56,037 nucleotides of DNA from Nitrososphaeria archaeon (GCA_963752255.1 CAVVXT010000017.1:1-56037), one strand, 5' to 3'. Shown: positions 1 to 11,643, counted from the stretch's first letter. A program made the numbers and translations. Notes: generated by a model not told the origin, from the sequence alone.

Positions 1-1743
1 AGGCTTTGCGCTCTAAATTCAGTTATAGCTTTCTTCTTCTGCACTACTTTAGAAATACCTAATTTCTTGCCCTGTTCCGTAATATAATATTCCAGCAAAG
101 AATGTTTAACTTCTGTAAACGCTCTAAATTTGTTGCCGCAAAAGGACACCATCTTCTCAAAGTCATCGTCTTCATCAAATCTCTTTAAATCTAATATCGC
201 TTGGGTTAACCAAATGTTCCAAAATTCTTTGTTGACACTCCATCTCCTCAGTTGTTGACCTACTTTTTTCCTGAAGTCGCTCTTGTTCGAGTTGGATACC
301 GCAAAAATTATTTGATCATAAATGTGTTCAATTTTTTCTTCGCAATATCTCTGGGTCAAAATAGCCTGTAGATTGAAATCAGAACGATCAAGGTTCGCCA
401 TAGTATATGCGAATGTTGTAGCTACTACTCCAATGTTCCATAACATGCCACTGCTAACTTTTTCTAGTGTATCTTCTGAGGTGTGATAGTATTTATCCGG
501 CCAGTTTGTAAAAGAAGGTGTTGGTACGCCGACACTGGGATCAGACAGAATTTCGTGGTCGCTACCACCAGAGAATTTCACAAATTCATATCTAAAATCT
601 GATATATTTTCTGAGCCCGTTAGGGTCTTGATTTTTTTGGGAAGGAACTCAAAGATGTACTTTATGTAGGCGTTAACAAAGGTTGGCAATGAGTAAGGAG
701 TGCTGTCGACCATCAAGATGCTCCCACATTTTTTCTGGTCTTCACCTACCATATCTAAGTTTATTCCAGCCATAAAATTTCCAAGTTCCTCCTCTTTGCT
801 TGAAAGGAATGCAAACGTGCCTGTCATTTCAGGTACGAAAAGGAAACGGATAGTTCTCTTTGGACTGCTTATTTTTTCGTCTTTAATTAGTCTAATCAAG
901 ATTCTGAGCTGCCTCAACTAATGCGCCAACACCTGAAGCGTTGTCGTTGGCAGATGGCTGAGGGTGACATAAGTGTGCTGTTAAAAGTATTTCTTTATCA
1001 GTTTCTCCTGGAATCTTTGCTGAAACAACTTCAATAGCACCGTCATAGAGGCTTCCTGATACATAGGCCTTAACTTTCAAAGGTTCTTTCTTAGCTTTCG
1101 CTCTAATCTTCATCCCTATTCGAGGGGAGACTACAAAACCGAAGCATTTTTTATTCTTCGGGTACCACCAGAAGCTTGTATATTGTAATCCGTCAGGCAA
1201 ATCTATTTTTTCTCTGACAGGAGGCCATTCCATTAGCCTATCTGTCAGTATTCCAACTGCACCAAATTTCTCCACCGCTAGAGAGTAGACATTGCTTACA
1301 TCACCGGATGTGAAAACAACTTTTCCTTCCACCTTATTTTTTTTGTACTCATCTTCGGTTTCCCCTTGTTCAAGTATGACAAGGTCTGCTTCAATACCCT
1401 TTGAAGGTGTGGAAATGCTGCGTTGTATAACACTAAGCTTGCTGTCGCCGTAATCTGCGATCTTCTCCTCGCCATCATTTGTTATTAGGAATAGCTTGGC
1501 ATCATTTATAGAGCACTCTTGAAAAGATGAATGATTCCAAAATGATACTCCTTCTTTTGCAGGGTAAACAAGCACCTCAGAATCTAATCCTGCCCCAGAC
1601 AGCATGTCTCTGACGTATTCGGCTGCAGCCCTATATCCCGGACTTGCTTGGATTCTATGGAAATTTACAACCTGGCAAACAACTTGTTTCGCTCTTTCTC
1701 CGGAATATTCTTTACAAAAAATATCGAATACTTCTTTGATCAT
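1..1743 (-). CDS. M28-family/DUF4910 metallopeptidase-like protein, frameshifted near 906, runs off left edge
   Basis: HLCHP..SANDNASG metal-ligand motif in 892..1743. After a 1-nt shift the frame continues (RTIRFLFVPEMTGT, INLDMVG, GGSDH, YYHTSEDT) without a stop to position 1. Confidence 0.8.
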
Positions 1744-1840
1744 TGTATCAAGTGAATTTAAATAACTATAAAATGCTTTTCATTTAGGTTAGAGCTTCAT
1801 ATATCCTCTAAAAATTTTTTCCTTTAACTTTGATTATTTT

Positions 1841-2293
1841 ATGCCTACACTTAATGCCGTTGAAAAACAGGTTATGCTGAATATAAATCAGGACTTTAAT
1901 TCCTCGTTCCAGAAATGGTTTAGCATTTTGGTGGAAGACACGGGTAAAGAGGCACGTGTAGATGAAGATTTCACCCCTATAATAGAGCAAGATGGATACG
2001 AGCAAAATATCAGCTATCTTAGTGGTGGAGAAAAGACTAGCATTGCTCTTACGTACAGGCTCGCGTTAAACAGTATTGTTCAAAAAGTTTCAACAGGTAT
2101 GTTGTCTAATCTTCTTATACTAGATGAACCAACAGACGGCTTCAGCAAAGAGCCGCTTGGAAAAGTCAGGGACATACTCGATGAAATTCAAAGCCCACAG
2201 GTAATAATTGTATCTCATGAGAAAGAACTTGAAAGTTTTGCAGACCAGATTTTCAGGATAACCAAAATCCAAAGAGAATCAAAGATTGCATAA
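1841..2293 (+). pseudogene. C-terminal fragment of a Rad50/SbcC-type SMC ATPase
   Basis: ABC signature LSGGE, Walker B LILDEPT and H-loop IIVSH are present. Walker A and the coiled coil are absent, and there is no room for them upstream. Confidence 0.75.
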
Positions 2294-2472
2294 AGAAATG
2301 GTGGACTCAAACCATTTTTGTAAGCTGCAAGCAGCAACAAATGTTATACTGAAAACGTAGGAAACATTTGTTCTTGTTTTCAACGAAGTTTGACGTTTGT
2401 TCAAAAGATGTCTCACGATCACCGAATTAGTAATCCTTTTTTCAGTGTTATAAAAACTGTGTCTAATGTTAT

Positions 2473-3114
2473 TCAGATTCGTTTGGCTCTATGTCTCAAT
2501 ATTTCGACAAAAGCAGGTATCAGAGAAACTATGATAATTACATAAATCAATAAGGATAGGTTATCCTTTACAATCTGGAAGCCTCCTAAAAAGTAACCGC
2601 TAAAAATAAAAATAGCAACCCAGGAAACACCTCCTATTATATTGTAAATGAGAAACCTACTATAACTCATTTTACCCACGCCCGCTACAAAGGGTGCGAA
2701 GGTTCGAATGATGGGAACAAATCTTGCTATAATAATCGTTTTAGCTCCATATTTTCCATAAAAATCACGCGCTCTTTCCAGATACTCTTTTTTCAGAAAT
2801 CGACTGTTCTCTTTACGAAATATTTTTGGACCAACAACATATCCAATCCAGTAATTTACCGTGTCCCCCATGATTGCTGCAAGAGCGAGAAGTCCAAAAA
2901 GAGCTTCGACGATGAATGAGCCTTTTGAAGCAAGAGTTCCTGACACAAATAGAAGGGAATCACCGGGAAAAAAAGGGAATACAACTAGCCCTGTCTCACC
3001 AAATATAGCTAAAAAAAGTATCGCATAAGTCCAGAGACCAAATTGTTGAATTAAAAATGCCAAACTTTGGTCCAGATGAATCAGAAAGTTTATAAGATCT
3101 TCTAAAAGCGCCAA
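2473..3114 (-). CDS. dedA: DedA family membrane protein
   Basis: FGETGLVVFPFFPGDSLLF and ARFVPIIRTFAPFVAG motifs. Confidence 0.9.
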   Translation of the reverse strand: MALLEDLINFLIHLDQSLAFLIQQFGLWTYAILFLAIFGETGLVVFPFFPGDSLLFVSGTLASKGSFIVEALFGLLALAAIMGDTVNYWIGYVVGPKIFRKENSRFLKKEYLERARDFYGKYGAKTIIIARFVPIIRTFAPFVAGVGKMSYSRFLIYNIIGGVSWVAIFIFSGYFLGGFQIVKDNLSLLIYVIIIVSLIPAFVEILRHRAKRI

Positions 3115-3252
3115 AGTTACAGCCTCATTGTTCCATTTTGTACAGTCATATAGTCTTTTCTAGAGATCATTATGGTTCATGAGTCGTATATTAAGGTCAA
3201 AATAAATAAAGATGTAATATTCAGTCTTTTTTAAATTATGAACCTTAAGTTC

Positions 3253-4614
3253 TTAATCTAGCACTGTTGAAGGGTTCATGATTTTGTTTGGGTCGAAGAT
3301 TTCCTTTATTCCTCTCATCAACTCGATATTTTTGGATGAGGTGAATTTTTTAAGCTCTTTAACCCTAATCTTTCCTATTCCATGTTCTCCGGTAATAACT
3401 CCACCTAAATCAACAGCTGCCTGATATATTTCGCCTTTAATCTTCTCGTATTTGTCAAAATCTTTTTTCATCACGTGCGAGTGAACATTTCCGTCTGCAG
3501 CATGACCGTATACGGGAATATATGCGGAATATTTTTCAGCGACTTCGTCTATAATGTCAGCAAGCTTTCCAATGTTTGATGGAGGCACTGTAGTATCCAT
3601 GATATCTGCGTAATCTGATTTGAGTGCCGTGTAAATGTTACTTCTTATCTTCAGTATTGACTCTTGTTCGTCCCGCCTTTCAGCAAGTGAAGGCTCAAGT
3701 CCATTATTCTCGATACAAATATTTGACATCTTTTCGGCATCGCTAAAAACCTCATTCTCGCTTCCAGCTAAAATCGCTAAAAGAAAGACCTTTCCTTCCA
3801 CGTTCCACTTTTCGCCTAAATGGGTTGCAGATATTTCCATAACCTCCTTCTCAACGTATTCGAGAGCTAATGGCACTATTCCACTGTACAAGATCTTTGG
3901 GACAGTGCTAAGTGCCTCATGTCTTGAATTAAACGGAAGCAGAAGTGTAAGCGTGCGCTCCGATTTGGGAGTGAGCTTGATGACGGCTTTTGTTACAACA
4001 CCCAGCGTTCCTTCACTTCCTATTATTAGATGCATTAGGCTGTATCCCATGTTGTCTTTGAGAAGTTTACCGCCGAAATTAACTATTTCTCCAGTTGGTA
4101 AGACCACTTCCAATCCTTTTACAAAGTTCCTCATGACACCGTGTTTGACTGCTCTGGATCCGCCTGCGTTACATACGACAAGTCCTCCTATCTGTGCGCT
4201 CTCATCTCCGGGATGTGGTGGAAATGAAAGTCCGGCTTCCTCAGCTGCATTAAGCAGCTTGCCAAGTGTAGCTCCTGCTTCAGCAACTGCCATCATGTTT
4301 TCCTTATCAACTTCTATTTTATCCATCTTCTCCAATGAAATAATTATTCCGTCTCTAGTCGGTATAGCTCCTCCCACTAATCCTGTTCCTCCTCCCCGAG
4401 GATAAACCGGTATTCTTCTTTCATTTGCAAGCTCCAAGATCCGGGATATCTGGTCGGTTCTTAGGGGTTTAACGAGTATACAATTTGAGGAAGAACTAGG
4501 TTTTACAGGATTGCAGGTCTCGTCAGACAGATAGCTTTCCATCTGTTCCCTTTTTGTTACTACAAGTTCTCTTCCAACTATCTTTTCAAGATCTTCTGGG
4601 ATGTTATCCATCAA
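3253..4614 (-). CDS. FAD-linked 2-hydroxyacid oxidoreductase (GlcD/D-lactate dehydrogenase LctD-like)
   Basis: PRGGGTGLVGG FAD motif, GSEGTLG, GHAADGNVH, GEHGIG; overlaps etfA. Confidence 0.88.
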   Translation of the reverse strand: MMDNIPEDLEKIVGRELVVTKREQMESYLSDETCNPVKPSSSSNCILVKPLRTDQISRILELANERRIPVYPRGGGTGLVGGAIPTRDGIIISLEKMDKIEVDKENMMAVAEAGATLGKLLNAAEEAGLSFPPHPGDESAQIGGLVVCNAGGSRAVKHGVMRNFVKGLEVVLPTGEIVNFGGKLLKDNMGYSLMHLIIGSEGTLGVVTKAVIKLTPKSERTLTLLLPFNSRHEALSTVPKILYSGIVPLALEYVEKEVMEISATHLGEKWNVEGKVFLLAILAGSENEVFSDAEKMSNICIENNGLEPSLAERRDEQESILKIRSNIYTALKSDYADIMDTTVPPSNIGKLADIIDEVAEKYSAYIPVYGHAADGNVHSHVMKKDFDKYEKIKGEIYQAAVDLGGVITGEHGIGKIRVKELKKFTSSKNIELMRGIKEIFDPNKIMNPSTVLD

Positions 4615-5624
4615 GCTTGATTCACTTTTCTTGTTTTTATTTCTTTAATTATCTGAGGCAGCACTTGGTAAAGATCTCCTACGATTGCGTAGTCTGCGTA
4701 TTTGAATATTGGAGCTGATGGGTCTGTGTTTATCGCTATTACGATTTCAGAATCTCTCATTCCCGCCAAATGCTGGGGTGAACCAGATATTCCGCAAGCA
4801 ATGTACAGTTTTGGTTTAACGGTGTTGCCGCTGAAGCCGACCTGATGTTCTTTTCCTATCCATCCCTCGTCAACAGGTGTTCTACTAGAACCTACTTTTC
4901 CTCCGAGTAAATCGGCGAGTTCTTTAACGAGTTTAAATCCTTCGGGTGTACCCAAGCCTCTTCCCCCAGAGACTATTATTTTAGCATCAGCAATGTTAAG
5001 ACCTGTTCCTTTCTCTTTGCCTATAAAAATCGGACTAGCCAAACCTGAGACTTCTGTACTTTTTTCGATTATAACTCCTTTTCTCGTTATGTTTCTCTCA
5101 TTCATTTGCATAACCTTGTATCTGACAGTCGACATGATAGGTCTAGTCCTTGTTTTAATATGGGCTAGGATATTTCCTGTAAACGCAGGGCGAATTTGGA
5201 TAAGATCACCATTCTCATCTATTTGCAGATCTATGCAATCAGCAGTCAGCCCGGTCTTTATTGCTGCTGCGACCCTCGGTCCAAGGGATCTACCAAAATG
5301 TGTCGCGCCGAACAAGAATATTTCAGGCTTCTCTTCTACAACAAGTTTAGCAATATTGTGTTTGTACTGGATTACATCTGGGACTTTAAAGATCGGGTGA
5401 CTATATAGGAAGACTTTATCTGCACCGTAGTAGATAAGTTCCATAGCCATTTTGCGGCTGATCTGGTCACCTAAAATTACGCTTGAGAGTTCAGCGCCTA
5501 TTTTGTCAGCAATTTCCCGTCCCTTTCCTAGAATCTCGAATGAAATGGGATGAATTTCTTCCTCCCTTTGTTCAGCAAAGACCATCACCTTCTTGTGTAC
5601 ATCCATCGTTGGTTCATTAATCAT
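4611..5624 (-). CDS. etfA: Electron transfer flavoprotein alpha subunit
   Basis: GLTADC, SGGRG, QVGFSG.TVKPKLYIACGISGSPQHLAGM, AINTDPSAPIF. Confidence 0.92.
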   Translation of the reverse strand: MINEPTMDVHKKVMVFAEQREEEIHPISFEILGKGREIADKIGAELSSVILGDQISRKMAMELIYYGADKVFLYSHPIFKVPDVIQYKHNIAKLVVEEKPEIFLFGATHFGRSLGPRVAAAIKTGLTADCIDLQIDENGDLIQIRPAFTGNILAHIKTRTRPIMSTVRYKVMQMNERNITRKGVIIEKSTEVSGLASPIFIGKEKGTGLNIADAKIIVSGGRGLGTPEGFKLVKELADLLGGKVGSSRTPVDEGWIGKEHQVGFSGNTVKPKLYIACGISGSPQHLAGMRDSEIVIAINTDPSAPIFKYADYAIVGDLYQVLPQIIKEIKTRKVNQA

Positions 5625-6425
5625 CAGATCAGCTTTTCTTTTTCAAGAGCTTCAATAATAGCCGCAATGCGCCTCTCCAGCATCTTTGAAGACCTTTCCT
5701 TCTCTACTTTTCTCCTTCGGTATTACAATTTTGTTAACTGACGTAGGCGAACCTAAGTAGCCTATCTGGTTCAATTTCTATTACATCTGACAGAAAATCT
5801 GCGTTCCAAATCGGTATGTTCGTTCTCATTACTTTGAGCTTTTCTTTAAGCGTCGGAAGCCTAGGCTTGTTGACATCTTTTGTGACGCTAATCAGATACA
5901 GGATAAGATGATGTCAACAAAATATGATGCATCCTCCATTTCTGTAACTAAAGTGATTTTGTCATCTGAAATTTCTTTGATGTTCGAGACGTAATAGACG
6001 TGCGGTATATCAAGCTGTTCTGCTACCTCAGCTCCGACCTGCCCCGTATCACCGTCAACAGTCTTTTCTCCGCAAAAGATCAGGTCAGGTTTACCCATCT
6101 TCACTACCGCTCTTGCTAGAGTGTATGATGTAGCCCATGTGTCGGCCCCAGCGAACTTTACATCCTCAAGGTGTATCGCGTCATCTGCCCCCCGCGATAT
6201 GGCCTCCTTTAATGCTGTAGCCGCCGACGGGGGGCCCATGCTTATAGCCGTAATTCTTCCACCAACCTTTTCCTTAACTTGGACAGCTGCCTCTAAAGCG
6301 TTCAGATCAAAGGGGTTTATTTCTGCTTCTGCAGAGCTTCTATCTATACGCCCTTTCTCGACGTCGAATTTCACTTTAGTAATATCTGGAACTTGCTTTA
6401 TGAGGACAACTATCTTTAAGATCAT
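5624..6425 (-). CDS. etfB: Electron transfer flavoprotein beta subunit (frameshifted in 3' part)
   Basis: KQVPD, INPFDLNALE, GADTWATS, DGDTGQVG. The C-terminal part (NKPRLPTLK, GSPTSV) continues in other frames below 5900. Confidence 0.85.
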
Positions 6426-6578
6426 TCTGAACGTTGTTGTACGAGAAAATACTTATTTAACAATTTACGTTTGATACATTCAGTTCCAAACCTTTTGCGA
6501 TGAAAATAGAAATAGATAAAAAATTGGAGTTCACTAATATAGGCTGTCAACATAGTGCAAGGGAGTCTTTGATCAGAA

Positions 6579-7619
6579 ATGAATTATGATGTTAACGCAG
6601 GTCCAAGGAAGGTGGAGAAGGTCTTCCAGAAGAGGCAGCTCGTATTCCTGGTTATCGGGGTCTCTGCCTTCGTTTTGTTTATATCTTTTTCTGACCTTAA
6701 AAGCGTATTAGGGTACATTTCACTCGCAAATAAGATATTTTATTCATTAGCCTTTTTGTCCATGGTTCTAGGTGTATTCGCTTATGGATCTTCATGGATC
6801 TTTCTGTTAAGGTCAGCAGGTATAAGATTGAACGTATTCAAAGCAATTGAAAGCACATGGATAAGTGTCTTTTTCAACATAATGGTTCCAACGGCTTCAG
6901 TCGCAGGTGAAGTAGTGAGGGTAATGCACGTTGTTAATGAAACCAAAGATAGTTACGGCACTGTCTCCGCTACCGTGTTCCTTCATAGGGTTATTAACTT
7001 CTTTCCTTTTATAGTTGGTTCCATTTTCGGTTTTACATATCTCGTCATTTTCTATAATCTCCCCACCTATTTGTCAAGTATATTGATACTGATTTCTTCT
7101 GCGTTGGTTTTATCTCTTGTAATATTATTACTTTTTTCTGTAAAGCCGGAAATTTCAAAGGGAATAGCTTTAAGGATAACCAGATTTCTGGACAGGGCCT
7201 TCCTTAAGAGAAGAAGTAATCCGTTGAAGCTTACTGAGCTTGCAACCAAAGGCTTCACCGAATTCGAAGCTTCTCTAAAGATATTAAAAAATAGAAAGCT
7301 ACTTTTGTTGCTCTCAATTTTATTTGCATTTGTATATTGGTTCTTCGATATCGCTGTAGCATATTTAGTGTTTACTTCATTGGATTTCCCAGTACCTTTA
7401 GGCATCATCATCGCGGTATATACAATAGGAATTTCGATTCAGATGGTTCCAGTAGGGATACCAGGAATGGTCGGCATCGTGGAAACGGTGATGTCTGGTC
7501 TCTATGTAGTTTCAGGCATACCTCTAAGCCTGAGCGTTGCAGCAACTGTTATGATAAGACTTGTTATGATGTGGTTTGAAGCACTCATTGGTGGAGTAGT
7601 CTTACCTAGCTTATTCTAG
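6579..7619 (+). CDS. Lysylphosphatidylglycerol-synthase TM/flippase-like (UPF0104) membrane protein
   Basis: FFN..VPTASVAGEVVR and PVGIPGMVGIVE motifs; multiple TM helices. Confidence 0.8.
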   Translation: MNYDVNAGPRKVEKVFQKRQLVFLVIGVSAFVLFISFSDLKSVLGYISLANKIFYSLAFLSMVLGVFAYGSSWIFLLRSAGIRLNVFKAIESTWISVFFNIMVPTASVAGEVVRVMHVVNETKDSYGTVSATVFLHRVINFFPFIVGSIFGFTYLVIFYNLPTYLSSILILISSALVLSLVILLLFSVKPEISKGIALRITRFLDRAFLKRRSNPLKLTELATKGFTEFEASLKILKNRKLLLLLSILFAFVYWFFDIAVAYLVFTSLDFPVPLGIIIAVYTIGISIQMVPVGIPGMVGIVETVMSGLYVVSGIPLSLSVAATVMIRLVMMWFEALIGGVVLPSLF

Positions 7620-7666
7620 AAGGTAATAAAGACTTATTAGCACATAGACTATACAGTTTACGATCA

Positions 7667-9247
7667 ATGCTTCTGGGAACTGAGAATGAAGACGGAAACA
7701 TCGAGTACAAACTAAAACTTACGTCAGTCGATAAGGATAGAATAAACGAATTAGCTACACAACTAAACTATAGATTAAACGAAGGTGGAGGTGAAGCGTT
7801 CTACGAGCTCGGTGTTACTGATGAAGGTGAACTCTTGGGACTGGATCAGTCGGAAACTGAAACATCTTTTAAAAACTTTGATAAAATATGTAGAGCGATA
7901 AACGTATCATATAGGGTCATAAGATCAGTCGATGGAAGGAAAGGTAAAGTCTACGAACTTCTTATCAGAAGAGTTGTTGAAACCTTACCTATTTCAATAT
8001 CAGTTGTACTGTTAGGAAATGCTGACGCTGGAAAATCGACAATTAAAGGCACTCTTGTTTACAATATCCTAGACGACGGCAACGGTCTTGCCATGAGTAA
8101 GGTGGTTAGATACATGCATGAAATAAAGATGAGGAGAACCTCTGCCGTAAATACACATATATTGGGGTTCGATATTCAAGGTAAAGATATTAACTCGATT
8201 TTATTAAACTATAACGAAAGTGAAATTTACCTTAAATCTTCGAAGGTAATAAACTTAGTAGACCTAGCGGGTCACGAGAAATATCTTAAAACAACTCTTA
8301 GAGGAATTCTGGGAAACCTACCGGATTACGCATTCATAATCGTTGCGGCAAATTCGGGTACAGTCGGAACTTTTAAAGAACACCTTGGACTATCACTTGC
8401 ACTCAAAATTCCTGTTATAATTTGTCTGACAAAGATAGACTTAGCCCCTGAAAGAAAAACCAAAGAAACACTTGATGAAATAGTTAAAGTGCTTAAGCTT
8501 CCTGGAATAAATCGAATACCTTTCAATGTGAAAACAAGGGATGATATTGTGCTCGCAGCAAGGCATATTAAAAGCGGGCGTATCGTCCCTATTTTTTCTG
8601 TCTCAAATATCAAAGGTAACGGCCTTCAAGAACTGAAAGAATTCTTAAATATAATCCCCCTAGGATAAATTGGGTTGAAAGTTCAGGACAACCCTTCAAA
8701 CTTTATGTTGATGAAATTTTCAACGTAACGGGAGTAGGTTCAATAGTTAGCGGACTCATAGATGAAGGGACGGTTTCTGTGGAAGATGAGGCGTTTATTG
8801 GGCCCTTTGAAGATATCAAAGAGCCCTTCAAAAAGGTGAAGATAAAGGGAATTCAGATCAACAGGGTTTTTGTTAACAGAGCTTTTGCAGGGCAAAGTGC
8901 GACATTTGCTGTCCCTGAAATTACGTTTGGCCAGATAAGGAAGGGAATGGTTTTGCTTGATAAAAGAGTTGTACCACGACCCGTGACTCGTTTTGAGGCG
9001 TCAGTAAAAATTTTGCATCATCCGACAACGGTGAAGGCCGGCTACACACCTGTTATACACTCACATACGATAAGACAGACTGCAGAGGATAATTCAAATG
9101 AGCAAAGAGGTGCTAAGAACAGGAGATATCGCTGACGCTATGTTCGAATTTTTAACTAGACCAGAATATCTGGAAAAGGACCAGACGTTTGTATTCAGGG
9201 AGGGAAGAACGAGGGGGATAGGAACAATTCTCAAAACCCACAGTTGA
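7667..9247 (+). CDS. GTPBP1/2-family translational GTPase (split by frameshifts near 8660 and 9085)
   Basis: GNIEYKLKL N-terminus, G1 GNADAGKST, G3 DLAGHEKY, G4 TKID. Domain II/III (RKGMVLL, HHPTT, FREGRTRGIG) lie in the downstream frames. Confidence 0.85.
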
Positions 9248-9266
9248 CAAGGGAAACATTTATTTT

Positions 9267-9722
9267 GTGTCAAACAGAAATGGGAACATAATGAGATTGA
9301 ATCTTTCCGAAGAGAGCGTAATTAACTCAAAGAGTACTCTAGAAATCCTTTTTCCGAATAGAAAGACTAGGGTAGCAGCAAAGCTGTTGCTTGATTGGAT
9401 GAAAGAAAACAAAGGTCGGGCAACAAAGAACTCGTTGAACAATTTTACTAAGAGGTTAGAGGACAAGGAACTACTCTACAACAATACTCCCTTTAAATAC
9501 AGTAGACGAAATCTATATGGAACAATAATCAAGAACCTTATAAGACTTGGTTTTCTTCAGAGAAACGCTCCAGTATGGGATGATAGACTAAAGAGGACGC
9601 TAAAGGTGTATCAGATACAGATATTTGATATACCTAATAAACCTCCGGCAATAGGTTTCTGGAGGATATGCTATTACATGTGTAGGAAATGGAATGAAGA
9701 ATTTGCTTATTTTAAGCCATAG
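9267..9722 (+). CDS. Hypothetical protein (possible winged-helix)
   Basis: 151-aa ORF co-oriented directly after the GTPase; basic, helix-rich. Confidence 0.55.
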   Translation: MSNRNGNIMRLNLSEESVINSKSTLEILFPNRKTRVAAKLLLDWMKENKGRATKNSLNNFTKRLEDKELLYNNTPFKYSRRNLYGTIIKNLIRLGFLQRNAPVWDDRLKRTLKVYQIQIFDIPNKPPAIGFWRICYYMCRKWNEEFAYFKP

Positions 9723-9946
9723 CAGTAGACCTTCCCTTTAACTCTGCTATGGAAGTTCTTGCATGTAAAGCAGATAAGAAATGGTTTCTCCACGTTTTCT
9801 ATTGGACAGCAGATTTTTTCTTTCTTCATGGTCACGATCATCTTACCGCTAACTGCACCCTTAAGCTCTTTTTGGACCTCAGCAGGCACACGTAAGGGTT
9901 TCTCACATTTGAGAATGTCTACAATCAGTTTCTTATTTTCAGACAT
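9707..9946 (-). CDS. Small Cys-containing conserved-type hypothetical protein
   Basis: Likely start MSENKK; CP..CFTC..C pattern. Confidence 0.55.
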   Translation of the reverse strand: MSENKKLIVDILKCEKPLRVPAEVQKELKGAVSGKMIVTMKKEKICCPIENVEKPFLICFTCKNFHSRVKGKVYCYGLK

Positions 9947-10156
9947 GTTTACCCGAAGAGCGTTCAATTTCCTCACATATAACCCTTCCAATCGAAAGCA
10001 AGTAGTTAAAATCATCGAATCTAAATCAGAGCATGTGCTATACTTTACCCTAAAGAATATGAATTTTAAGATATATTTTTGTGTTCCATGAAAGAAATAA
10101 GTGGAGGACTGGTTTATCCATCTAAAATCTTATTACAAGTACTGTAGTTGAATCGC

Positions 10157-11287
10157 CTATTTTACTTTTTTTAGGAATTCTCTCACGTCCTGCACCATCT
10201 CAGGTTTTTCCTTCCCAGTTATGCCATAGACCATTTCTTCATACGAGTTTATTTCTTCTCCTTCGAGAACTCCTGTCTCAACAAAGAATTCTTTCTCTTC
10301 TTGAGGTTCTATGTACTGTAGTGTTCCCAGAGCTCTGTCTCTGTCTCTTCCCATAACAAAGCCGTTAGATGGCTCCATACCGAGCACATAAGTTCCTTCA
10401 CCCATCATCTTCCATTCGAAAAGTTTGGAAAGGTCCTTCTTGCGTATCTTTATATATGTGCCAAGACCACCCAATAATTTCTTGTTTATTACAGCCGAGT
10501 ATGCGTATCCATCTTTGTCCGCTAACAGGTCGTGGATATAGACCTTCTCGTTAAAGCCTTTTGTTGGATTCTGGAATTCATTAAATTTCTCAGCCCCAGC
10601 TTTTGCTTCGGCATCTCTCGGGAAAAATAGATGCGATGTGGAGACCAACTTAGAATTCGAATCAAGAACTGGGAAGCCAAAGTTCATGTGATAAATCATC
10701 ATAAGGGGTTGCCTACTCCATCCTTCGTTGGTTACCTTGTCTTTGATAATTATACGTTTCCCACCTAACATGGCTTCTAATCTTCGACTAATCGTGAGGT
10801 TGGCTCCAAAGATTCTGGCTTCTTTTGCCTCACCTTCCAAAGCGATTGTATATTCATCATTCTTCCAATATCCGCCCGCAAAGATCAGCTTAGCTGGACT
10901 GTATGAAATCCTTCCATGCAATCCCAGTTGTTCACCCTGATCAATTGTGGGTGCACCCGCATATGTCAAACCACATGTTGTAAGAAGTCCTCCTGGAAAA
11001 CCCCTAATCCATCCTAATCCTTCCGGTTCAAAAAAGCTAGGCGCGGCTATTCCCGTCGGACTTATAAAAGCTAATGGGATGCCCTTGTAATCGGCATTAA
11101 CAATGTCCATCGCTCTATCTATTGCAACGAGAAAGTTCAATTCACCGGTTCTTACAATAGCTGTTCTAACACCGCGTTCAACACTCTCCGTAAGCTCAAC
11201 AATCTTTAAGCCGCCAACTTGATCAACGTTTCCAATGCGTCTAAGTAAGTCTTCTTTTTTATATGTGCGTCCAAAAAGATTAACCAT
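10157..11287 (-). CDS. Aldose 1-epimerase family (DUF4432) protein
   Basis: GGLLTTCGL..AGAP, GLHGRIS, YHMNFGFP, YVLGMEP. Confidence 0.85.
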   Translation of the reverse strand: MVNLFGRTYKKEDLLRRIGNVDQVGGLKIVELTESVERGVRTAIVRTGELNFLVAIDRAMDIVNADYKGIPLAFISPTGIAAPSFFEPEGLGWIRGFPGGLLTTCGLTYAGAPTIDQGEQLGLHGRISYSPAKLIFAGGYWKNDEYTIALEGEAKEARIFGANLTISRRLEAMLGGKRIIIKDKVTNEGWSRQPLMMIYHMNFGFPVLDSNSKLVSTSHLFFPRDAEAKAGAEKFNEFQNPTKGFNEKVYIHDLLADKDGYAYSAVINKKLLGGLGTYIKIRKKDLSKLFEWKMMGEGTYVLGMEPSNGFVMGRDRDRALGTLQYIEPQEEKEFFVETGVLEGEEINSYEEMVYGITGKEKPEMVQDVREFLKKVK

Positions 11288-11643
11288 AAAAAAAATAGTT
11301 AGGTGTATGATTTAAGCTTTGAATTTATATCCAATTATTTTTTCATATTTAGATTAAATTGTCTAGTTCACAATGTGAATGAGAAAATTGTGTTTCGTCA
11401 ATTTATGATTCCCGTTCTAATATATCTATCTTCCTCATCATTTTTCACCGGTAAAACTGTAAATGTTAGAATCTGCTCTTAACAAATGCTAATTCCTTGC
11501 AGTTATCAAACAGATATTGTGCTGTTAATGATATATTTTATTTAACCTCTATCTATGAGACGAACAGTCAACAAAATTTATCCATTAAGTCATATAAAAT
11601 TTTTGTTCAAAATAATAAAACACGGCAATATAAATAGTATTAA

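Noticed and set aside
3635-5400. Long antisense ORFs (3635..4405, 4993..5400) and similar shadow ORFs throughout the track
   Set aside because: They lie opposite well-supported genes and show no motifs; typical antisense shadows.
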